NCBI RefSeq assembly: GCF_001194135.2
Contig: NC_068983.1
Location: 78,794,108-78,858,107, forward strand
Source: Octopus bimaculoides
Taxonomy: Eukaryota
Direction of reading: 5' to 3'
DNA length: 64,000 bases
Below are positions 39,392-51,325 of the stretch, piece by piece. Positions within the stretch are counted from its first letter, which is position 1, and each line of letters opens with the position of its first letter. A model generated the notes under the pieces. The model saw nothing but the letters and a program-made list of their open reading frames with translations, did not search any database and was not told where the DNA came from. A program made the position numbers and the translations under genes.

Positions 39392-41831
39392 CTGATGGAT
39401 TATTGTTTAACAAGAAAATGTAGCAGTTTTAACACAAGTAATAATGGGTCAAAAATTTAATTTTCTTTCCAACTCTCAATTTGGGAAAATTCTGGAATCC
39501 ATAGTAATTTTGGTCGCTACAAGAGAGGCAAGTAAAATTGGTAATTTTCTCAATAATTATTCCCAGAAGACATTGAAGTAATTTCAAATAAACATAAGCT
39601 AGCAATTTGGTGAAAATCTTGTAAGTGAACTTTAGTGTAACTAAATTCCATGGGAAAGCAAAGCTGATAGATTACAAAATCAATTTAGCTGGAAATTGCA
39701 TTTTTACATGAGAATTAAAAATACATCATCTCTTTGATAATTTATAAAACTAAGATACCCGACACTTATAGTAAAACTACTTATGTAGAAAATTAAGTTT
39801 GCAATGAGTAAATAATATAGAAAACAGGAAATGTTCAAATGTTTTATCCTATGAAGAAATTTTAATCTATTTTAATGTTTCTAATATACATATTTCTATG
39901 ACTATTTATTAAATAGTTTCTGAGATGATAGACAAGCACATTAATGCCATCAACAGGAAATAAGTTAAGAAAAGATGAATTTTAAAAAATTATATTTTAT
40001 GTTTTATTAGTAGCATATTGCTATGTATTGTTCACAGTCAAAAGCAAACGTTATGGATACATGTGTGTTGGATAATCTATTATTATAAATGGGATTTGTT
40101 GCTCTCTATATAAAACACCTAGTGAATATATCTCACTGTTTTAGCAGAACATTGCTACATAATCTTTTATACTTCATGTTTATAGCAATTGCAAAAAATG
40201 TGACTAAGAATGTATTTAGAATATTAAAAAATATATATTTTTTTACACCAAACTCTTGTGAGCTTTCTCATTTGTTTGTGGATGGTAACATTGTTACACA
40301 TGCTTATCTGTTTCTTTTTTCCAGCAGCTTCAAGGTAAAAGACTTCTATCCGAAGCATTATGTATAAAAAGTAATCCTACTGCTCTATCTATTTACATTT
40401 TCCTTCCTTTCTATTTACAGCCAAAACAATATGAAATTGATCCATTGGTTATGCTTAAAATACAGATTGGTGAACAATTTTATTTTTCTTTTAATATCAT
40501 AGCAATGGAAATTGCAGTTGGGTCCATGAAAAGATATTAATACATGAAAATATCTCTACAATTGCCATTTTCTCAATGCTGATAAAGATATATGTCATAG
40601 GCCATTTCCAGTAGGATAACTCCAAAACCCAATAGTTTACTAAAAACATATCATCAATAACAACAAGAAAACTATTAATTTATCCATCACAATTATTACA
40701 TGTATCAGAATAAATATTAATATATCAGATTCTAAGAAGTTTGTCTAGTGCCTTTAGGTAACAGAAAGAACTTTGACTTCAGTCTCTTCTTTTTAATATT
40801 GTAACCATGAAAATAGAAACATGTGATTAAATCTCAATTTCTTTTGTAACTCAGGCAAATTAATAATAATACATCACACTTTTACCATTTATTGGCACAT
40901 GATATTGTTAAAATTAAATTTCTCATCCAAAAGAAAAAAAAAAACTGAAGAATTTGAAGTAAGATATTTTAAGAATATTAAAATTAAATATTATAACAAA
41001 AATGTTCAAGTATGTTTTTCCATAATAATGTTGATTTCTTTTTCAGTAGACACAACAATAAACCTAGTATATATGAATATTTACTCATTGCTTAACTTCA
41101 GATCGGCTCTGGATATGCAGATGTATGAACAAAAACATTTCTCTTATAACCATTCCATCTATTTATTTCAGATGTAATGTATCTAAGACTACATTATCAA
41201 TTGTCACTTCTCTTTGTTTTGTTTTTTTTTTGGCAGTAGGGTGGTGTTTTGTAGATAATTTGGTTGCCATTTTTGGTTAGGTAAATAAATTAGTTTGTAC
41301 GTGTAAAGTTCATTGAACTGATTACACTATATTGTTGGTTAGTTCTTTTAACAATACAGAGTAAACTAAAGCAAAGTTAATCCCAGTTGGATTTCATTAT
41401 AATGACAAAATAAAAGCTATCAAGCACTTAGTATAATTAATGTTAACATATTTCCAGCTGCAGGCATCAAAAATCTAATTAGAAACACTAATGTTGTGAA
41501 GAAAAGACATTAGCTCAATGACCAATATTATTTTAATAATTTAGGCAAGTACTAGCGACAACTCCAGATAGATTTTTGGTTTTATTGCATGTAAATATTA
41601 GCTCTGTGGCTAAAAGATTTGCTTTTCAGGGAAATGAGTTCAGTTTCAATCTCACTATTCTGTATACTGAACAGGTGTCATTTTTATTGCAGTCCCAGGC
41701 TAACCAATATTGTATGACTGAATAAGGTAAACAGAAATTATATGAAGCCCATTATATATGTATGTTGTATATATGAGTCTGTGTGTAAATAAATAAATGT
41801 GTGTGTATGCATATATATGTATATATATATA

Positions 41832-42336
41832 TGATTGCTTTATCATGAGAGATGAAAGCTGTCCTATCAACACACACACCACACACCCCATCACACAGTA
41901 GTACAATCACTCCATTGATGAGCTCTTAGATGACTCTTAATACCAGCTGCTGACTGAGAGGGTTTAAAACACAAGTGACAGATATTATTTAAGTTTCTTC
42001 TATATCTTTTAAGTCCAGATATTGTCTTACAAGTGTTTTGACATATGACACAAGTTTGCCAAAATGTCTCTTTTATGGTGAGCTCAACTCTGGTAAGCGA
42101 CAACAACATAAGCCAAGGAAAAGGTATAAAGACTTTGTGAAGGAAAACCTGAAGAAACTAAATATGAACAAAAGTGATTGGGAAAATGATTCTCTAAATC
42201 AGAACAAGTGGAGAGGTGCTGTCAGGACTGGTTGTAATGCATGGGAGGAAAAGATGATACACCACTCTGAACTTAAAAGGACCTGTCGTAAAGGAACAAT
42301 TAGAACTCTAATCCACAGTGAACACTGGGTATGTAT
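41832..42336 (-). mobile_element. RTE-clade LINE 3' insertion with an inverted 5' segment
   Basis: Plus 42047-42334 encodes DTSLPKCLFYGELNSGKR...SEHWVC; minus 42052-41891 encodes CVICQNTCKTISGLKR...CHLCFKPSQSAAGIKSHLRAH; 16 bp flanking direct repeat TATGTATATATATATA. Confidence 0.85.
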
Positions 42337-42354
42337 TATGTATATATATATACG

Positions 42355-42393
<39 letters not shown>

Positions 42394-42997
42394 AAAATGA
42401 AAAATAATAATAAGGCAGAATACTAAACTGAAAGCATATTTTAATATAGATTTCTAACCGGCTTTCATTGCATGGCAAATTTTCAAGAAGAGGGAGAATG
42501 AAAATGTTTTTTACAAAAGAGTAAAAAATGAAAAAAATTATATATAAAAAAAATAATATATAAAAAAATAAATATACCAATACATNNNNNNNNNNNNNNN
42601 NNNNNNNNNNNNNNNNNNNNNNNNNNNNNNNNNNNNNNNNNNNNNNNNNNNNNNNNNNNNNNNNNNNNNNNNNNNNNNNNNNNNNNNNNNNNNNNNNNNN
42701 NNNNNNNNNNNNNNNNNNNNNNNNNNNNNNNNNNNNNNNNNNNNNNNNNNNNNNNNNNNNNNNNNNNNNNNNNNNNNNNNNNNNNNNNNNNNNNNNNNNN
42801 NNNNNNNNNNNNNNNNNNNNNNNNNNNNNNNNNNNNNNNNNNNNNNNNNNNNNNNNNNNNNNNNNNNNNNNNNNNNNNNNNNNNNNNNNNNNNNNNNNNN
42901 NNNNNNNNNNNNNNNNNNNNNNNNNNNNNNNNNNNNNNNNNNNNNNNNNNNNNNNNNNNNNNNNNNNNNNNNNNNNNNNNNNNNNNNNNNNNNNNNN

Positions 42998-43073
<76 letters not shown>

Positions 43074-43359
43074 GTGTGTGTGTGTATATATAAACACTTT
43101 TACTTGTTTTAGTCATTTGACTGCAGTCATGCTGGAACACCACCTTGATAAATGTATATTTGCATGTGTGTATATATATATATATAAGTCTAAGGTCCTG
43201 GTAGAGTGTATAGTTAGGGTATTTCTAGAGAAGCACTCAACCTGAATACTGGGCTATCAACACTGTCAGGTTCCAGGCCAGTGCTGGAATTCCTCAGGAG
43301 TAGAGAATCCAAGTCTCACAGCGATGACACTGTGAGATGGGTTTGGTAAAGAGCAAATA

Positions 43360-43630
43360 ATCCAAATGATAAGAAGAAGGCGAAAGAAAATTCATTAACA
43401 CATCTTTAATGATTTGTTACAGTTGTTTCTGTGCAATGCCAGTTCATACAAAAATGCACGAGTTTAGATATTAGAGAGGCACTTCATCAGACTTGCATCA
43501 AAGGTATGCTGTCACATTGTGCGTCTTCCAGACCTTGTTTATATATACTCTGCACTTTGTATGAAAAGATACTTTGCTACGAATAGAGAAATTTGTTGAC
43601 ATTCCCTGTCGACAAATCCTCAGCAGTCCT
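43360..43630 (-). mobile_element. Penelope-like element terminal-repeat remnant
   Basis: Contains the CTGATGAAG...GAAACAACTGTAA arrangement typical of PLE terminal repeats; family assignment is inference. Confidence 0.5.
43404..43503 (-). ncRNA. Putative type I hammerhead ribozyme (minimal, PLE type)
   Basis: CUUUGAUG-CAA-GU-CUGAUGA-AGUGCC...GGCAUUGCACA-GAAA-CAACUGUA^AC-AAAU-CAUUAAAG: both core motifs, a GUA cleavage triplet and a two-segment stem I. Confidence 0.6.
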
Positions 43631-44075
43631 GTGGAACAAAAAAATACCTTAATTGAAAAGAGTTACAAAAGAAATTGAGATTTAATCACATGTTTCTATT
43701 TTCATGGTTACAATATTAAAAAGAAGACACTGAAGTCAAAGTTCTTTCTGTTACCTAAAGGCACTAGACAAACTTCTTAGACTCTGATATATTAATATTT
43801 ATTCTGATACATGTAATAATTGTGATGGATAAATTAATAGTTTTCTTGTTGTTATTGATGATATGTTTTCAGTAAACTATTGGGTTTTGGAGTTATTGTA
43901 AAATAATATCTCAGTACTTGCTGCACATTTGTTTAACTCATGCTAGCATGGAAAAACGGATAATACCTTTAGGTAACAGAATGATCTTTGACATAAGATG
44001 ACACTATCTTTTAATCTCATTTTAACCTTAAAATTAGAAACATGAAATGAAATTTTTGTTTCTTTTCTTATTCAG

Positions 44076-44226
44076 CAATGCATAGGTTTCTCCAAACATG
44101 CTGAATCAGTGATGAGAAAATTGTGTTGTTGTATAATATTGCATGAAAAATTAGAATATTTTGAAACAATAAATCATTTGAAGTTAATTGCTCAGGAATG
44201 CTATTTATCTGAAAAACAACATTTAG
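44076..44226 (+). CDS. Candidate internal exon (QCIGFSKHAESVMRKLCCCIILHEKLEYFETINHLKLIAQECYLSEKQHL), gene unidentified
   Basis: Acceptor TTTGTTTCTTTTCTTATTCAG, 50 open codons, donor TAG|GTTTGT. Confidence 0.3.
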
Positions 44227-44664
44227 GTTTGTGTTAATATATTTAGTATAGTTGGCATTAACAATATAACTGAAAATACTTCTGAACTAAAGAAAAAGTA
44301 TCATCAAATTTGCCACAAATATTATTAAAATCATTCTTGCAATTATGTGAGATAATTCTGGATGTGTTTCAGTTTTATTAGACCTCTTCAGTGAAGCATA
44401 AACGTCGTTGTATTTGTCACAGTAATGATGAGAAAATCAATAAATAGTGATGTAATATTGTTTAGCACTCTACTATTTATTTATGACATCCTCAAGATTA
44501 TATATAACTGAATCAAAAAAGAAAAAAATGATTGAAAGATACAAAGAAAAACAATACAATTACATTAGAAAATAGAACATTTAGCTTTTTGCAGGGGGAT
44601 GTTATGATAACAGATAACAAGTTAACTCTATAACAACTATTGTTAATCATTCTTGGTGCTTCAG

Positions 44665-44734
44665 ATATTATGCTCGTATGGGAAGAAAACAATAAATTTG
44701 AAAGCTTGGATAAAGCCCTAAGGATTCTTTACAT
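44665..44734 (+). CDS. Candidate exon (IMLVWEENNKFESLDKALRILY)
   Basis: Acceptor CTTGGTGCTTCAG; phase 1 start matches 44076-44226; donor CAT|GTAAAC. Confidence 0.22.
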
Positions 44735-45440
44735 GTAAACAATATCATTGCATGCAAGAAATTGTAATATCTGGCAGTTATTTCAAAATAATTGACATGT
44801 GAATAATTTATGTACATGTATGTCAGAAGATTTGCTATTTTAACATCAAACTATTTCTTTTTCTTGAATAAGCTAGAAAAGATAATTGGATAGTATTTTT
44901 CTACATACTGACAATTTAAATGTTATAAGGTTAAATCTATTTTCCCAACACTGTGTTACCAAAGATTAGACCGCCTGAAAAATATTTGTATAAAGATAAA
45001 ACAAATGAAAAACATAAAAGAACATTTATGCAGGTGTGTACGCGTGCATAATAATGTATTATAAGAATAGACCTAAGAAGTGTTGGTAAATAGTTGTACT
45101 GTTACAAGTCAGCCCTATGAGGGACAGAAAAGGGACCAGCTGCTGGAAAGCTGCAAATACACAGGCCTCATGGCTAGTTTGTTTGCAGCTAACCTCAATA
45201 TCAGGTCATGCAGCAATATTCTGCAATATCTGTGGTCATGTTTGTGCTGGTACCTTTGATCTATAATTTTTCAAGAGTGCAATGCATCATGAAAGAAACT
45301 GCTTCATTATATCTGAAAACAAATCTTTTTTCCATTATGGCATCATACTTAATTACCAGTGATAACTAAATAGCATAACAACACATAAATTAAGCTGAAG
45401 TAAACACAATGAATAGTTGTAAACAAATTATCTTTTATAG

Positions 45441-45604
45441 AATATCTCTTGTGGTCTCAGAAAATAGACATCAGTTGGTCTAGTATCGATCCTATATTGG
45501 GATCTCATCAGGATCTGAAAACATATATGACTCTTTATGGAGACATTGCATTTATAACCATTACAATTAAGAACATCTCTAAATTGGATAAACAATTTAC
45601 ATAA
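45441..45604 (+). CDS. Candidate terminal exon (YLLWSQKIDISWSSIDPILGSHQDLKTYMTLYGDIAFITITIKNISKLDKQFT*)
   Basis: Acceptor ATTATCTTTTATAG; phase 1 start matches 44076-44226; exactly antisense to ORF 45428-45613. Confidence 0.22.
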
Positions 45605-45843
45605 GAAATGCATTCTTGGCAGCTAGTTCAATTAATTCACTGGTGATACAATATTCTGTTTTGATGTTTTAATGTTTTAGAGAATAAATCTAAGGTTTTA
45701 ACTCTACACATAGTTTTATAAATTAAACTGAATTAAAAACATTGTAGAGGTAGAAAGAGCAACCAGCCAGCCCAGTTTCAACCCTTTACAAGGATCAGAT
45801 CAAAACCTGGACACCTACATGTAGTTGTACACATGAATATTGA

Positions 45844-45932
<89 letters not shown>

Positions 45933-46401
45933 TGTATACATATATGTATACATATATAAACTAGGGAATACCCAAAAGTAACTGGAAATGTTCTCTATGG
46001 GACAAGCCCGTTGTAGTTCAGGCTTCCACTACTAGAAACAACTTTATGCAACCCTCAGGTATTAAAACAATGGTGATGAGAGTGAGTATGTATAATTATG
46101 CATGTACATACATATGTATGTATGTATGTATGTATATATGTATGCATGCATATATGTATGTATGTTTGTATGTATTTTTCTATTCTCTTTTTAATTTAGA
46201 GTGAATTTTGACTGACCACCTACTCAGTAGCAAGGTTGTGAATGAAAGCATCGTTTTTTAACCTTCGTCCTTCAAATCTTAAGGAAGTTTTGCAGATTGT
46301 TATAGTCCCAGATATCATGATCATTTGTAGCATATGAATTAAGAATTTGCATTCTCTCACCAAAATCCCAAGTTCAATCATACTTTGGTCTAGATGGGAC
46401 A

Positions 46402-46446
<45 letters not shown>

Positions 46447-46656
46447 CCAGGGAAGATAGAATTGATGCAGCAAAATATCATTTCTTGTAGTATTTGTCTC
46501 AGGGGCAAAGGTTTTATGTATGCAATGCTTGCACTGCATGTGTTACTATTTTCCCACGATAAATAATTTTTGTGTAAGTATAATTGATTATTGATAATTT
46601 TCACTAGATTCATTCTAGTCATATTTACTATTATTTCGCATTCCTTCATTTCTTAG

Positions 46657-46722
46657 TATAAAATTGTCAACAGAAACATAGGGAAGGCAATGCAAATTCT
46701 TTACTGCTTGCTTTCAGTCACA
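46657..46722 (+). CDS. Candidate 66 bp internal exon (YKIVNRNIGKAMQILYCLLSVT)
   Basis: Acceptor TTCCTTCATTTCTTAG and donor ACA|GTAAGA; phase 0-0. Confidence 0.3.
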
Positions 46723-47039
46723 GTAAGAGCTGTGATGTTTTTTTTTTCTTTGTATTCTATTATTTTTGAGAAGGGAAACAAAATATGAGTGGTGAAGAAA
46801 GAGAAAGACAGAGAAAGCAGATATTTACTGCTTCACTTTCAGTTGTGTTAAACCAGCAGACACATTGTCAAATTTTTTTCTCTTGAAGTGCTAATGTTTT
46901 TACTGTCCTGTGCAGCAGAGATCAAAAACTTGCCTATTCAGAGGAATTTCCTAAGGTTTTCCTCATAGTCAGACAAATATAGACGAGAAATTTGTTTTAT
47001 TGCTTTCTGCTATATTTTTTATGATTATTTGGTACCAAA

Positions 47040-47300
47040 GAGTACACATTTTAACTTTTATCCTCTACTTGTTTCAATTAGTAGATTGTGGCCATGCTGG
47101 TGCACCACCTTAAATAATTTTTAGTCTTATGAATCTACCCCAGTACTTTTTTTAAGCCTGGTGCTTATTTTTTGGTCTCTCATGCTAAACTGGTAGTTAT
47201 GGTAACGTAAATACATCAACGCTGTTTGTCAAAGCATTGGTGAAGGACAAATACAGATACAAAGATACACACACATGTATATATACACACAAACACACAC
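47040..47300 (-). mobile_element. SINE family B, 3' half
   Basis: Reverse complement of the family B tail, ending in the CA/TA microsatellite. Confidence 0.75.
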
Positions 47301-47566
47301 ACACACACACAAGGAAAAAAAATACGATAAAAAACATAGAAGGTTTGTTTTACGAAACTAAAGAACATACTTAAATTGTCATGATAAAAGTATTATACAA
47401 TATTATACAAATTCAAATTTTCCCTCTAAGAAAATGACTGGTTTTGCTGAAACCTTTCAAATTTTGAGTGTTAGATGCGATTCGAAATGAGAAATATTGT
47501 TTGTTGGAATGTGATAGTTGGTAACTAAGGTATTTTTCAGTAAAAGGGAGATAAATCTGTAATTTT

Positions 47567-47985
47567 CAATATGAGTTTATATTCAGTTCTGGCTTATATT
47601 TTTTTATAAATGAGGTCTCTTTATTTTATCGTACTTGGGTTGAGGTCAAAATAGCACATTGATATAACAGGAAGATTAGGAACTGTGGTTGCAGTTGTTC
47701 TGCACGTCTGTCAATGTGTTCACTGAGATGTATCTGGTGATATTGTGGGGAGGAGATCAGTTATCTGTGAACTGTACATCTATGTCTAAGGAACTTTTCA
47801 GTGGAATCTATATAGTTTTTATGACAACCCGAGCATCTTATGACATAAATGATGTTTTCAGAGGCACAAGTGAAATTGGATTTAATTTTGAATGTTTTCC
47901 CTTGGTTAAAATGGTATTCAAATCCTTCCAAAAGATTGGGCCATTTTCTGCAGTCAGGTCGACCACATTTTTTTTGCTCTTGCAT
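47567..47985 (-). mobile_element. Penelope-like element GIY-YIG endonuclease C-terminus (degenerate)
   Basis: KTFKIKSNFTCASENIIYVIRCSGCHKNYI...LRHRCTVHR*...IHLSEHID...KETSFIKKYKPELN, a typical PLE endonuclease layout. Confidence 0.85.
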
Positions 47986-48140
47986 ATATATACGACAAGT
48001 TTTTTTCAGTTTACCTCTATCAAGTCCACTTACAAGGTTTTAGTTGGCCCAAGGCTAGAGTAGAAGACACTATTAAAAGACTGGACCTGGAACCATATAG
48101 TTTGGAAGCAAACTTCTTTCCACATACACACTCTGGCTTT
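47985..48140 (-). mobile_element. SINE family B, 5' half
   Basis: Reverse complement of the family B head; complements 47040-47300. Confidence 0.75.
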
Positions 48141-48615
48141 CTAAAACGATTTAACCAATGGAGAGAGTATTTTTGATCCCTTCTTAAGACTTGGATTCAG
48201 TCATGTGAGCCCAGAGTTTTCTTGACTATTTCACACATATCTCACACATATTTCACACTATTTCACACATATTTCCCAAAAAGAAGAAACAAACAATTTG
48301 TGTGTGTGTTTGTGATTAAAAAGTAAAATTTTCGTCTAATCGTTCATGTCAATGCTTTAAAATTTAATTTTAAATATTTGAAGTTATTTAAGAAAGGTTA
48401 CATAAAAAAGTAAACTAACACGTAAATTATTTATTAGCATAAAGCTCCGATTCATTTAAAAAGATTATAACCTGGTAGAATTTCTCATGCTCTTAATCAC
48501 ACCTCACCCCCACCGCCAGGATGGCAAAAGGGTCAATTAGTTCAGTTTTCTCTCTACTTTCCCCAACTTTGAAACAGACAAGAAGAATATTATCATTCTT
48601 GGAAAAGAGAAATCA

Positions 48616-49213
48616 AAGCTTACGCTGAAAATCAAAACTGAAGTGGGCAGCAAGGAATGTCATTGTTATTTCCCTTAGAAGTACAGTAATCCAATCCCTC
48701 ACCATATTGTGGTTCAACTAGCATGCACTCAGCAGATCGTGGTTCACCTATCGCTTACTTAGTACATCATGGATTTTTCTGACTAATATATGTAAATTTA
48801 TATCGCAGACTCCTTAATAAATTGTGGGTTTCTGTGGCCGATAAGTATTTATATTTTTTTATATTTTAATTATTTCTGCGGTAAAATAAGTATTTTCACA
48901 CGTAAAAATTAATAAATTTATAAATAAGCTTACCCTTAAAATCAAAACTGAAGTGGGCAGCAAGGAATGTCATCGTTATTTCCATTAGAAGTACAATAAT
49001 CTAATCCCTCGCCATATTGTGGTTCAACTATCATGCACTCAGCAGATCATGGTTCACCAGATTTTTCTGGCTAATATATGTAAATTTATACTGCAGACTC
49101 CTCAATAAGTTGTGGGTTTCTGCGGCCGATAGGTATCATATTTTTTTTAGATTTTAATTATTTCTGTGGTAAAATAAGTATTTTCGCACCTAAAAATTAA
49201 TAAATTTATAAAT
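48616..49213 (+). repeat. Tandem duplication with a 310 bp unit
   Basis: AAGCTTAC..AAAATCAAAACTGAAGTGGGCAGCAAGG starts at 48616 and 48926; the second copy lacks ~20 bp. Confidence 0.92.
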
Positions 49214-49495
49214 AAAGATAGAATATAGTTCCTCACTGTATAACTCAGTAAGTAAAATATATTAAAAGAAAATACGTAGTGTACTGAAGATGAGTAAACA
49301 AAGTGCACATACTCTATGGAAAACGAAACTGGGAAGGCGAGTGCTTGGTAATGTTTTGCATTTATGATAAAATGAATAAATACAAATTATAAAAACGATT
49401 AAAAAATATATACAGTACAGTACTGTTTCTACTTCGTGGATTTTCACCTATAGGTTTTGGAACATAAAACCCACGATAGTCAAGGGATTACTGTA
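48682..49495 (+). mobile_element. Tigger/pogo-like non-autonomous DNA transposon (MITE)
   Basis: Left end TACAGTAATCC(AATCC)CTC, right end CGATAGTCAAGGGATTACTGTA (inverted), TA termini. Confidence 0.7.
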
Positions 49496-49619
49496 TTATG
49501 AGTAGTCTGAGTGAATGACGAAATGACCCATTCTGAACAAATTTTTCTGCTTCCCATGTCTATTAGTTTGCCAGTAAAAGAACACATTTTCTCAACTTTG
49601 AATTGATATTGAAAACGAA

Positions 49620-50100
49620 TATCACTTTCAAATGATATTCAAAACGAAATCATTTAAGTGTGTGGCTCTTACAAGTGAAGTTGTAATTATGCCAATGATC
49701 GAAAAAAAACCCACAGCATTTATTGCTGTTATATTTGATGAGACTACAAACCTTCGAATGAAATCTTAATTGTTGCATGTTTTGCGATTTACTGATGAGA
49801 AGGAAAGGCTTGAAGAAATGTTTAGAAGAGATCAGTGTCAATAGAGACAGAAAACCTGCATCACTGACAGAAGTTGTACATTGTTATACACATTCACTTA
49901 ATTTGGTACTGTCTCAATCAGCTTCAAGAGTTCACGAATGTCAAATTAACTTCGTAATTCTAAAAGGAATTCCGACTTTTTCCTCAAAGTTGACAGCTTG
50001 AACAGTCCCTATTGGATGAAATTTCTTGGAGATGATTTTAAAGTTATATGTACGATACTCAAGTTACTAACTACTTCAAAATGGTGCATCATAGATGAGG
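49620..50100 (+). mobile_element. hAT (ZMYM1-like) transposase relic
   Basis: SNDIQNEII, FIAVIFDETTNL, LLHVLRF and VHCYTHSLNLVLSQS (hAT DET and CxxHxLNL motifs); deletions and frameshifts. Confidence 0.8.
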
Positions 50101-50344
50101 GAAACTGTTTTTATTTTCAGACTCTCCATATTTCACAGAATATAACACTATACTTTTCACAGAAAACGGAGGAAGGTGAAACACTAAAAAATCACCCTAC
50201 CCCCACCAACCTCTGTAGGTGGGGTATTGCATGCCCTAGTTTCCTAGTCGTCTTTCACCACTGATTTGTTTCCACCTTTTCACATTGTTTACCTCTGAGC
50301 CAACATTACCTTTCCTCTTACCAAGTTTGATAGAACATGCACCA

Positions 50345-50520
50345 GATAATAAACTCATATCAAATTTTGGCTAGTTGATTCCATCAATCCCTTATTTTAT
50401 CACCCCCAAAAGAATGAAATGCAAAGGTGATCTCAGCAGAGTTTGAACTCAGAACATAAAAACAGACAAAATGCTGCTAAGCAGTTTTGTCTGGCATGCT
50501 AATGATTCTTCCAGCTTACC
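50345..50520 (-). mobile_element. SINE family A, diverged
   Basis: Reverse complement of the central domain and head. Confidence 0.7.
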
Positions 50521-50845
50521 ACAATAAATTAGAATTGATATAATCAAATAAAAATCCTTGATGGTGGTGGCTCAGCATGACCACAGACTGTTGATTGAAA
50601 CCAGTAAAAGAAGAGAGGAATACATTGAAAATATTTTTAGCTTCTTCTGTAAGATGTGTGATTTTTTTTTTGTACTAACTTTTTATTCTTACAAAAGAAA
50701 CAGAAGATCATTTTTAGTTGAATATTCAATAATACCTGGAAATGATGAGAAATGAGACAAAAATTGGAGAAGGACTAAAGATGAGGTTTTTCTATATAGA
50801 TCAGATATCTCCTGCTTTAATATGTAATTCAAACTATAGTTTCAG

Positions 50846-50969
50846 AGAAACAACTATCCAAATGTCATGTCAAGAATGTTCTCTTTCAAAAATAAGGACC
50901 AGTATCAACGAAGTAATTTGAAACAAAGAAGCAGACTTATTATTTCTAAAACAGGAAATCCAAACCACA
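50846..50969 (+). CDS. Candidate internal exon (RNNYPNVMSRMFSFKNKDQYQRSNLKQRSRLIISKTGNPNH)
   Basis: Acceptor TATAGTTTCAG, 41 open codons, donor ACA|GTGAGT; phase 0 start matches 46657-46722. Confidence 0.22.
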
Positions 50970-51009
50970 GTGAGTAAAGTTACCAATAGTACTATTCTAT
51001 ACTGGTTAC

Positions 51010-51325
51010 GACGTCAGTTATGACAATGAGTGTTCCAGTTGATCAGATCAAAGGAACAGCCTGCTCATGAAATTAATGTGCAAGTGGCTGAGCACACCAC
51101 AGACACGTGTATCCTTAACATAGTTCTGAGGGAGATTTGATGTGACACAGAATATGACAAGGCTGACCCTTTTCAAATACCAGTATTACTCATTTTTGGC
51201 AGTTGAGTGGACTGCAGCAGTGTGAAGTAAAGTGTCCGGCATAAGGACACAATATGCTGCCAGGTATTGAATTCATGTTCTTACAACCATGAGCCAAATA
51301 CTCTAACCACTGAGCCATGTGCCTG
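51010..51325 (-). mobile_element. SINE with head G and tail C
   Basis: Reverse complement of 19475-19787. Confidence 0.8.
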
